Made by a program: the position numbers and the translations under genes. Positions 45,334 to 53,409 of a stretch of DNA of 64,000 bases are shown piece after piece; the first letter of the stretch is position 1, and each line of letters begins with the position of its first letter. The stretch is from positions 30,281 to 94,280 of the forward strand of contig DUFD01000025.1 in the NCBI GenBank assembly GCA_011171075.1. Direction: 5' to 3'. The notes under the pieces are model-generated. The model was not told the DNA's origin and ran no database searches. It saw only the letters and a program-made list of their open reading frames with translations. This DNA is from Dehalococcoidia bacterium (GTDB lineage Bacteria; Chloroflexota; Dehalococcoidia; Dehalococcoidales; Fen-1064).

Positions 45334-45873
45334 GTGCAGGCCTCCTTCTGGTGCTCTCCTGAGTCCTTAGTACTAGCTACCATTACCTGCCATTCGTTAT
45401 AACCATTGCTCACTACTTAACACAATTGTAGTATTGAGCGACAGGCCTCGATATCCCGCAAAGGTACTTCAAGTAGTAGTACTTTCGTGTTGATGTTTTA
45501 AAGAGCTACGTACGACGATTACTATATTCTTTCCCGGAATTACATTCACAGTTGTTATTAATCATGTAATATAAATGCTACTATCTTATACATGAATAAA
45601 TTATCATGATTATTCTATCCTGTCAAGAGGATTTTTTTAATAAATGGCATGAGCTGTCTACTCTCCAGACGCTCAAATACCTCTATAGGCTCAACTATAC
45701 TTATTAAATGTTAGAAAGGGGTTAAAGGAGTGGAGGAGTTTGATTAGAGATAAATGGGGTTAGTTGAGCAACAGCATACGGTTCTGGAATGCGGCGTGGA
45801 TTTGTTCCAGTTCACCAGGAGAGGGTGGAAGCTTTCCGGGTTGTGATTAGCCCGGAGATGCTAGCAGTGTGGA

Positions 45874-47265
45874 TTATTTTCGTCTCCGCTTATCCAGCTT
45901 GTACCAGGGATGGAAGCTGACAATGCATTGAGAGCAAATGTTTTTGTCTACAGCTCCCTTAACGGTCATCTGTATCGCCATTAACTGGTCAGCAAGCCGA
46001 CTGGGAAGGAGAAAGTGCTCTTTCACATATTTCTTGCCTTTCTCTCCTATGGCTGTCGCAGCTTGTGGGTTCTCCAGTAAATAGAGAATTTTCTTTGCAG
46101 TTCTACGTGGAGTCTGGTAAAAGTAACCGGTATCGCCATCCCTTATCTGGAGGGGAATGGCGCCAACATCGGCGCCTATTACCGGTTTACTCTTCCACAA
46201 TCCTTCGGTAATCACCAGGCCGAAGCCCTCTTTGGTCGACGGTTGCATTATTACGCGTGCTGCCCGCTGGATGGCGTTCACCTCTCTAAAGTTTTCCAGT
46301 CGGTCTGCTTGCGAAAGATTGAGCACGTGGATGTCTTCGTCTTTTTTTGTGGCTTCATATATGTCGTTCAGGATCCTCTCCCCCTCAGGGTCATCGGAAG
46401 CTAAAGCTCCAGCTAATATTAACTGGCACCTTTTTTCTGCCCTGGCGAGACGGAAGGCAGCTATGGTCCTGTCTATTCCTTTCCAGGGGTCAAATCTTCC
46501 GATGTGGGCGATTATAGGGATGACAGGGTCTATCTGGTATCTGGCAAGAACTTCGTCAATCTTCTGTTGTGGCAGCTCCCGGTTTTTTTCAGAGAGCGGG
46601 TCAATGAAGGGCGGAATGATGAACTTTGGCAGGGGCCACTGCGAGACGATATAGTGTGCCGATGTGAATATGGCAGCATCATAGACATCAGTCCAGCCTG
46701 TGACAAAATCCCAGAGGCCAGGGTTATTTTCCAGAGTCTCCTCTTCAATATCAATATGACATCTCCAGAGCCATTTTTGCTCCGCTCGTTTAAGCCAATG
46801 GGCCAGGCCCAAAGGTTGCGGGTCATGCACCAGCACTACCTCGGGTTCATAATCGATAATATTGGCCTCACTGCATCTGGCGAGGTTGTCTGTATAGGTC
46901 TTCACCATCTCCCTGGTGAAGTCTCCCTCCATGCCCTGCAGCAGATTATGCAGGCTTTTCGTACACTCAAAGTATTCCTTATTACCCTGGATAATCTTCC
47001 ATTCGGCCTCGATGCCGAGCGCGTTCATCATGGGGATAGAGCTATAAAGCATCTCGGCGACTCCCCCACCCTGTGCGGTGGAATTTAGCTCCAGCAGCTT
47101 CAGGCCCTGCAACTGCTTGGCTGCTCTGAGGAGCCTTTCCATTTCTTCCTCACCCACAATGGCAGTATAGGCTTCTATCGGCGGTACTGACATGGGGCAG
47201 AAATTCTTTCTCTTGCTGTATACAGTCCCATCAGCCAAAGGCATAATGTTTTCCGATTCTACCAT
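45874..47265 (-). CDS. TreT-like GT4 glycosyltransferase, paralog 2
   Basis: LNSTAQGGGVAEML...WLWRCHID...PPFIDPLSEKN...GRFDPWKGI...KEGFGLVITEGLWKSKPVIG. The AAGGAG Shine-Dalgarno lies 6 nt before the ATG. Confidence 0.75.
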   Translation of the reverse strand: MVESENIMPLADGTVYSKRKNFCPMSVPPIEAYTAIVGEEEMERLLRAAKQLQGLKLLELNSTAQGGGVAEMLYSSIPMMNALGIEAEWKIIQGNKEYFECTKSLHNLLQGMEGDFTREMVKTYTDNLARCSEANIIDYEPEVVLVHDPQPLGLAHWLKRAEQKWLWRCHIDIEEETLENNPGLWDFVTGWTDVYDAAIFTSAHYIVSQWPLPKFIIPPFIDPLSEKNRELPQQKIDEVLARYQIDPVIPIIAHIGRFDPWKGIDRTIAAFRLARAEKRCQLILAGALASDDPEGERILNDIYEATKKDEDIHVLNLSQADRLENFREVNAIQRAARVIMQPSTKEGFGLVITEGLWKSKPVIGADVGAIPLQIRDGDTGYFYQTPRRTAKKILYLLENPQAATAIGEKGKKYVKEHFLLPSRLADQLMAIQMTVKGAVDKNICSQCIVSFHPWYKLDKRRRK

Positions 47266-47597
47266 TTCAAGCTCCTTGCTTGGAGGATGTGTATCTCTTT
47301 ACCTTTTTACACTCGGCATATGCGCCGGGCTGCTGCACTATTTGCTAGCATTATAACAGCCATTACCTGTGTGCTCAATGATGGCTATTCCTCCTACAAC
47401 GAAAGCTGCTGCGCGTCATCAATTAGTAACTTGGCGGTGAGTAGACCGATTAATATCAATGTGTGGTACAATGGGGGCTGTATTCTCTGTGATATTCTGT
47501 CTTATGGATTATTATTATCCAGACGAATACAATGGAAATTGATTGTAGCTATAGCGAATTATGCATACCTACGATGTGGCGATGGGGGTAGGCTGCC

Positions 47598-49778
47598 ATG
47601 TCAAGGTTGATACTTGTTTCTAACCGACTACCTGTCAGTGTGGTTAAAGGTAGGAGAGGACTGCGTTTTGAGCGCAGTGTTGGCGGACTGGCCACGGGCT
47701 TGGGTCCGCTCAGTAAATCCTATAACAGTACCTGGATAGGATGGCCGGGTATTGACCTGGAGACGATGGGTAGTGAGGCGGATAATGCTGTCGCAAAGTT
47801 ACGCGCTGATGGATATTATCCCGTTTCCTTATCAGAGCAGGATATTGAAGGTTACTACCACCAATTCTCCAATGACACGATATGGCCTCTTTTTCACTAC
47901 TTCCCCATGTATGCAGTGCACGATGTAGATTCCTGGCGAGCTTACACGCGGGTCAACGAAGTTTTTGCTGACGCGGTTACTAAGGTTGCCAAAGACGGTG
48001 ATATCATCTGGATACACGATTACCACCTCATGTTGCTTCCGAGACTAGTCAGGAGGAAGCTGGAAAACGCAGCGATAGGTTTTTTCCTTCACATCCCTTT
48101 CCCATCTTTTGAGGTTTTTCGCCTGCTCCCCTGGCGGAACGAAATCCTGCAGGGAATCCTGGGAGCTGACCTTGTGGGCTTTCATACGTATGATTATGCA
48201 GGACATTTTCTTGATAGCGTACGCAATTTATTAGGCTATGATTCGACCATGGGGCAGATTACTGCTGACGACCGTGTGGTGAAGGTTGATATCTTCCCGA
48301 TGGGAATAGACTACCAGCGCTATTCTAGCGCTGCCCGGAATCGGCGGGTGAAGGCACAAGTACGGACGTTCCGCAAGACCGTGGGACGCCGTAAGGTTAT
48401 CCTGTCGATAGACCGTCTTGACTATACCAAGGGTATTCTCGAGCGTCTGGCGGCCTATGACCTTTTCCTGTCGAAGCACCCGGGACAGAGGGAGAAGCTG
48501 GTGCTTGTTCTGGTGGTAGTACCTTCTCGAACTGAGGTCGGGCATTATGCCCTGCTTAAACGGGAGATAGACGAGTTTGTTGGCGCAATCAACGGTAAGT
48601 ACGGTACCATTGGCTGGACGCCCATATGGTACCTGTACCGTTCCTTGCCTTTTTACTCCCTTGTAGCCATGTACAGTATGGCTGATATTGCGCTGGTTAC
48701 GCCTGTCAGAGATGGGATGAATCTGATAGCGAAGGAATATATAGCAGCTAGGTCGGATGGCAAGGGAGTCTTAATCCTCAGTGAGACTGCCGGAGCGGCT
48801 AGAGAGCTTGGGGAAGCTATCATAGTAAACGTTAACAATCAGGGAGAGATGGTACAAGCATTGGAAAGAGCCCTGGTAATGACGGAGGCGGAGCAGATAG
48901 AAAGCAACACGATGATGCAAAAACGCTTAATGCGCTATAACGTGAAGCGATGGGCAGATGAATTCATAGAAAGGTTGCTCCAGACCAAGAAATTCCAGGA
49001 AGAGATGGAAATGAGAGTACTGACTCCTGAGGCACAGAAGGAGCTGGTCAGTGATTATCTGAGGAGTGACCGAAGGTTGGTAATGCTTGACTACGATGGT
49101 ACGCTTGTACCCTTTTCTGGAAGGCCGGCAAAAGCAAAACCGAGCGACGAGGTTATAGCGTTGTTGCATGACCTCGCCGAGAACCCTAAAAATGAAGTGG
49201 TGCTTATTAGTGGACGTGAGAGAGAGACCATAGATGATTGGTTTCACGACTTAAATATTGGTCTGGTGGCTGAACATGGCGTGTGGATTAAAGACAAGCA
49301 CGGGGAATGGACACAATTAGCAGCACTGACAAATGACTGGAAGGATGAGGTCCGTCCCATTCTTGAGCTCTGTGTAGACAGGACGCCTGGTTCGTTGGTC
49401 GAGGAGAAAGAATTTTCCCTGGCCTGGCACTATCGGAGGTGCTGGCCTGCCCTCGGTGAAGTGCGGGCCAGAGAACTGGTGAACGACCTCTTACACCTCA
49501 CAACCAATCTCAACCTTCAGGTGCTGGAGGGTAGCAAAGTGGTTGAAATAAAGAATGCCGGTGTGAACAAGGGGCAGGCGGCCTCACGATGGGCATCTCA
49601 AGAAGAGTGGGACTTCATACTGGCACTGGGTGATGACCTGACTGACGAGGACGTTTTTCAGGCCCTCCCGGCACACACGTGGTCCATCAAGGTGGGTTTT
49701 GGGGCGTCTGGAGCCAGGTTTAATCTCGGCTTTCCGACCAATGTAAGGTCTTTGCTGAAGGAGATGAACGGGCTCTAG
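47598..49778 (+). CDS. otsA: Bifunctional trehalose-6-phosphate synthase/phosphatase (OtsA-OtsB fusion)
   Basis: GT20 N-terminal domain (LILVSNRLPV...GFFLHIPFPS...VTPVRDGMNL). C-terminal HAD domain (LVMLDYDGTLVP...LALGDDLTDED). Confidence 0.9.
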   Translation: MSRLILVSNRLPVSVVKGRRGLRFERSVGGLATGLGPLSKSYNSTWIGWPGIDLETMGSEADNAVAKLRADGYYPVSLSEQDIEGYYHQFSNDTIWPLFHYFPMYAVHDVDSWRAYTRVNEVFADAVTKVAKDGDIIWIHDYHLMLLPRLVRRKLENAAIGFFLHIPFPSFEVFRLLPWRNEILQGILGADLVGFHTYDYAGHFLDSVRNLLGYDSTMGQITADDRVVKVDIFPMGIDYQRYSSAARNRRVKAQVRTFRKTVGRRKVILSIDRLDYTKGILERLAAYDLFLSKHPGQREKLVLVLVVVPSRTEVGHYALLKREIDEFVGAINGKYGTIGWTPIWYLYRSLPFYSLVAMYSMADIALVTPVRDGMNLIAKEYIAARSDGKGVLILSETAGAARELGEAIIVNVNNQGEMVQALERALVMTEAEQIESNTMMQKRLMRYNVKRWADEFIERLLQTKKFQEEMEMRVLTPEAQKELVSDYLRSDRRLVMLDYDGTLVPFSGRPAKAKPSDEVIALLHDLAENPKNEVVLISGRERETIDDWFHDLNIGLVAEHGVWIKDKHGEWTQLAALTNDWKDEVRPILELCVDRTPGSLVEEKEFSLAWHYRRCWPALGEVRARELVNDLLHLTTNLNLQVLEGSKVVEIKNAGVNKGQAASRWASQEEWDFILALGDDLTDEDVFQALPAHTWSIKVGFGASGARFNLGFPTNVRSLLKEMNGL

Positions 49779-49835
49779 GATTTCCCTGTTAATGCCTCAA
49801 AGCAAAGTGGAGAGTCTTTATTTCTTCCGCAAGAG

Positions 49836-50681
49836 CTACTCTTGATTACGCTGCCTGTAGGCCTCAACATACCGCCTGGCAAACCTGTCACGACCAAGCA
49901 GAAGGTCAGCTGCCAGGATTACCGGACGGGATTTGGCCGCATCCGTTATCAGACAGGTCACGCCGGCGCCGATGGCCATGACTATGAAGGCATTATTCAA
50001 TGTGTCACGGTCAGGAAGGCCAAATGATACGTTGCTCGCTCCCAGTGCCTGGTTAACTCCCAGTTCTGACTTTACCCGGCTGATGGCCCGGATGACCTGC
50101 GGCCCGGCGCCCGTATCTGCCCCGATGGCAAAGGCGAGGCAATCGATAATAATATCTTCGCGGGGGATACCCAGCGCTCCGGCCTGTGTCACTATTCGGT
50201 GGGCTATCGATACCCGGCGTTCACTGTCCTTTGGAGGGCCTTCGTCGTCTTGCGCCAGGCCGATGACGGTCGCCCCGTATTCCTTAACTAACGGCAGTAT
50301 TTTCTCCAGCGATTCTCTCTCACCACTGACCGAGTTGATGAGCGGTTTGCCTTTGTAGACCTTTAAGGCTGCCTCCAGCGCCGCCGGATTGTCACTATCG
50401 AGACAGAGAGGTGCGTCGACTGTACCCATTAAGACCTGTACGGCTTCGGGGAGCAGGGTAGCTTCATCCACGCCGAAGGTGCTGACGTTAACGTCAATAA
50501 CATCCGCCCCGGCCTGTACCTGCGCCAGGGCCATGTTACGAACGACGTCCCAGTTGCCTTCCTTCAGTGCCTTGGCCAGCCTCTTGTTTCCCGAGGGATT
50601 GATACGCTCGCCGATGAGCACGGTCGGCCGGTCATCCCCGATAATGACTTCATTCGTGGTGCCTGTTACTCTGGTTTCCAT
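49836..50681 (-). CDS. Pterin-binding methyltransferase (methyl-corrinoid:tetrahydrofolate, AcsE/MeTr-like)
   Basis: LIGERINPSGNKRLAKAL...DVIDVNV...NSVSGE...SNVSFGLP matches the DHPS-like pterin-binding barrel of MeTr. Confidence 0.75.
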   Translation of the reverse strand: METRVTGTTNEVIIGDDRPTVLIGERINPSGNKRLAKALKEGNWDVVRNMALAQVQAGADVIDVNVSTFGVDEATLLPEAVQVLMGTVDAPLCLDSDNPAALEAALKVYKGKPLINSVSGERESLEKILPLVKEYGATVIGLAQDDEGPPKDSERRVSIAHRIVTQAGALGIPREDIIIDCLAFAIGADTGAGPQVIRAISRVKSELGVNQALGASNVSFGLPDRDTLNNAFIVMAIGAGVTCLITDAAKSRPVILAADLLLGRDRFARRYVEAYRQRNQE

Positions 50682-50698
50682 CGGTTAGTTTACCTTTA

Positions 50699-52039
50699 TT
50701 ATTTATATACGCCGTATTCCTTAGCGGCTTCCATCATGGCGCGCAGGTTATCCGGGGGTGCGCTGGTGACTGATGAGCCCGCTGATAGTATGTAGCCGCC
50801 ACCTGGGGCACAGATTTCAATCAGGTTGCGGCAGTATTCCTTGACCTCCTGGGCGGTGCCGGTAGATATCAGTGAGGCGGGCGCGTTTCCGGCAATGCAG
50901 CACTTGTCCCCGAGGACTTTTTTGGCGGTGGCCATATCCGTCTGGTCGAACCGCCAGGCGACCGCCCCCTTAGGGAACTCGTTGACCGTCTCCAGACGTG
51001 TCATGTAGCTCCCTTCGGCAAACAGTGAGGGTATAATGCCTTGGTCAACCAGGGCGAGACAGACTTTTCTCAGCGATGGCCAGTAGAAGGTCTCGAACTG
51101 CTTGGCCGACATGTAACCATCGGCACCTTTATGCAGCGGGAAGCCGATGGTGGTTCTCCTGAGGTCTTTCGCCCTTGAGAGCAACGAATCAATGGTCAGC
51201 TCCGTAATGACGTCAATGGCTTCAAGGAGCTTCTCCGGTTGACGGTACATGTCCATAATAATACCCCGGGTACCCCTCAGTGTGTCTCCGATGGTATCGA
51301 AGGGTGCCTTGGCCAGACCGGCCCCCCGGGGGGAGGGTATCCCCGCTTCCTGTGCCTCGCGGGTGCACTCCTCGACGACCGCCATCCATTTCGGGAACTC
51401 CTTACCGACGTCTATCAGTGCCTGGAGTGTTGCCTGGACATCAGGTCTCGCGAAGGGCATGAAGTAGGCGCTTGGTAGTTCGATAATGTCGGTGAAAGAC
51501 TGAAGGTGCCGGAAGGACTCGAATATGCCGAATATACGGGGCATATAGGTCCTCATCCAGAAATCAGATGGGTTCCTGATAAGGGCATCGTACTCGTCGG
51601 CCATCATATACTCGCCCTCAACAAACTGGTGCCCTTTGGCATCATCAGGAAGGCCGTGGCCCGGCCAGATGTAGAGTTTGTAGTCAATGAGGTCGTATAT
51701 CGTTCCCGGCATGACCGCGCCGGGGCCGGTATAGGTGTCCATCTCAAACTCATTGACGAACTTCTTCCACGCCCGGTGGAGCTTGTCGTAGTCATACATG
51801 ACCGTCTTAAGGTCGGTTCCAGCCCAGTACGCCGGTAAAACGCCGAAAGGCAGTTGCACCGGCACACGGTCGGGCTCTTTCATCAGATAGACGTCGGCCA
51901 GCCTCTGAAGCCTGCTGTAATAGGCTTTCTCAGCTTCCGGACTGGAAAAGTTGATGTCGGCCGGCTCAAGCGACCGTCTGAACCTTTCCTCTCTTTTTTC
52001 TTCAGGGGTCAGCTCTGCCCATTCTTTCGCTCTTTCCAT
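50699..52039 (-). CDS. URO-D-family methyltransferase (candidate substrate:corrinoid MT I), paralog A
   Basis: 446 aa. It is the tandem paralog of the next gene and lies in the corrinoid operon context. The family call is by resemblance to uroporphyrinogen-decarboxylase-like methyltransferases. Confidence 0.65.
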   Translation of the reverse strand: MERAKEWAELTPEEKREERFRRSLEPADINFSSPEAEKAYYSRLQRLADVYLMKEPDRVPVQLPFGVLPAYWAGTDLKTVMYDYDKLHRAWKKFVNEFEMDTYTGPGAVMPGTIYDLIDYKLYIWPGHGLPDDAKGHQFVEGEYMMADEYDALIRNPSDFWMRTYMPRIFGIFESFRHLQSFTDIIELPSAYFMPFARPDVQATLQALIDVGKEFPKWMAVVEECTREAQEAGIPSPRGAGLAKAPFDTIGDTLRGTRGIIMDMYRQPEKLLEAIDVITELTIDSLLSRAKDLRRTTIGFPLHKGADGYMSAKQFETFYWPSLRKVCLALVDQGIIPSLFAEGSYMTRLETVNEFPKGAVAWRFDQTDMATAKKVLGDKCCIAGNAPASLISTGTAQEVKEYCRNLIEICAPGGGYILSAGSSVTSAPPDNLRAMMEAAKEYGVYK

Positions 52040-52077
52040 GTTTCAATGCCTCTGTCCCGTTTTACCCTGGAAAATTA

Positions 52078-53409
52078 TTACCTGTATACGCCGTACTCCT
52101 TGGCGGCATCCATCACGGCACGCAGGTTCTCGGCGTTCGTCTCCGTGGCACTCGCCCCTCCGGTCAGTATATAGCCTCCACCCGGGGCGCAGATTTCAAT
52201 CAGTTTGCGACAGTACTCCTTAACGTCCTGCGCTGTTCCGGTGCACATCAGTGATGTGGGTATGTTACCCATAATGCAGGCGTTATCACCGATAACCTTC
52301 TTGGCGGTGGCCATATCTGTCTGGTCGAAGTGCCATATAGCCCAGCCCCTGGGCAGGTCCTTGATAACTTCAAGGCGTGTGAGGTATTTGCCCTCGGCGA
52401 ATAATGATACCATGATTCCCTCATTAATCAGGGCCATGATTACCTTCCTAAGTGTCGGCCAGTAGAAGGTCTCAAACTGCTTGGGAGACATGAAGGTATC
52501 GTCGCCTTTATGGAGGGCAAACCAGGCGGTGATACCACCGGAGGCATTCACTCCCTCAATCGCCCGTTCGATATTTATGTCTGCGATGAAGTCCATTGCC
52601 TCCAGAAGTTTTTCCGGCTGCCGGTACATGTCCATGATGATACCCTGTGTCCCTCGCAGGGCGTCTCCGATGGTATCGAAGGGCGCCGCCGCCGCACCAC
52701 ACTGTATGGACGGAAGCCCTATGGCAAGTGCCTCCCGGTCGCAGGCACTGACAGCCTCCCGCCATTTCGACATCTCTTTGCCGGCATCAATCAGTGCTTG
52801 GAATGTGGCCTGAACCTCCGGCCTCATGAAGGTCGGCACCATGTTCATCGGCCTCCCCAGCATGGATGAAAAGGGGGCAAACTTCTTGAGGGGCTCCAGT
52901 GCTCCCGCCAGTCGGGGCATAAGTACCCTGAAGGAGAAATCAGACGGGTCTTTCATCAGGGCGTCGTACTCGTCGGCCATCATGTACTCGCCTTCGACAA
53001 ACTGGTAACCCTTGACATCGGGGGCGAGTCCGTGCCCCGGCCATTTATATAGCTTGTAGTCGAGAAGTTCCAGCACTCTGGCAGCGTGGACGAGACCAGG
53101 ACCACGATACGTATCCATATCGAAGTCATGGATGAACTTGGTCCATGCCCTTCGAAGTTCGTCGTAATCATACATGACCTCCTGGAGCGTCGCACCGACG
53201 TAATAAGCCGGGAAGTTGCCCGATGGCAGCTGTACCGGCACCCTGTCCGGCTCTTCGCCACGGATGGCCTTGCCCAGCCTGGTTGCTCTTTCCTTGTAGG
53301 CTTTTTCGGCTTCAGGGCTGGCGAATTTCACTCCGGACGCTGATAACCACTTTTTAAACCTCTCCTCCCTTTTTTCTTCAGGGGTCAATTCTTCCCATTT
53401 TTTATCCAT
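52078..53409 (-). CDS. URO-D-family methyltransferase (candidate MT I), paralog B
   Basis: The start is moved to ATG 53409 (MDKKWEELTPEEKREERF), which aligns with the paralog A N-terminus. It overlaps the upstream stop by 8 nt. Confidence 0.65.
   Translation of the reverse strand: MDKKWEELTPEEKREERFKKWLSASGVKFASPEAEKAYKERATRLGKAIRGEEPDRVPVQLPSGNFPAYYVGATLQEVMYDYDELRRAWTKFIHDFDMDTYRGPGLVHAARVLELLDYKLYKWPGHGLAPDVKGYQFVEGEYMMADEYDALMKDPSDFSFRVLMPRLAGALEPLKKFAPFSSMLGRPMNMVPTFMRPEVQATFQALIDAGKEMSKWREAVSACDREALAIGLPSIQCGAAAAPFDTIGDALRGTQGIIMDMYRQPEKLLEAMDFIADINIERAIEGVNASGGITAWFALHKGDDTFMSPKQFETFYWPTLRKVIMALINEGIMVSLFAEGKYLTRLEVIKDLPRGWAIWHFDQTDMATAKKVIGDNACIMGNIPTSLMCTGTAQDVKEYCRKLIEICAPGGGYILTGGASATETNAENLRAVMDAAKEYGVYR

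Noticed and set aside
45600-45613. ATTATCATGATTAT, superficially Fur-box-like, about 1.8 kb from the Fur-family gene.
   Set aside because: The half-sites are in the wrong orientation for the 7-1-7 Fur consensus. The region is so AT-rich that such matches are expected by chance. It also differs from the TTGCA-type motifs next to the regulator.
45754-45846. 30-aa + strand mini-ORF (MGLVEQQHTVLECGVDLFQFTRRGWKLSGL) in the AT-rich spacer.
   Set aside because: There is no Shine-Dalgarno at an appropriate distance, no recognisable features, and it is unsupported without conservation data.
46157-47088. 165- and 194-aa + strand ORFs inside TreT-like paralog 2.
   Set aside because: They are antisense to a gene with strong family signatures and an ideal Shine-Dalgarno. 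There is no support for coding.
47287-47610. 107-aa + strand ORF filling the treT2/otsA divergent intergenic region.
   Set aside because: It is Cys/Ile/Leu-rich and odd in composition, with no Shine-Dalgarno, and it runs into the otsA start. The region is better explained as a divergent promoter/5' UTR. Only a weak extended -10 (TGGTACAAT, about 47473) was seen, so no promoter is called.
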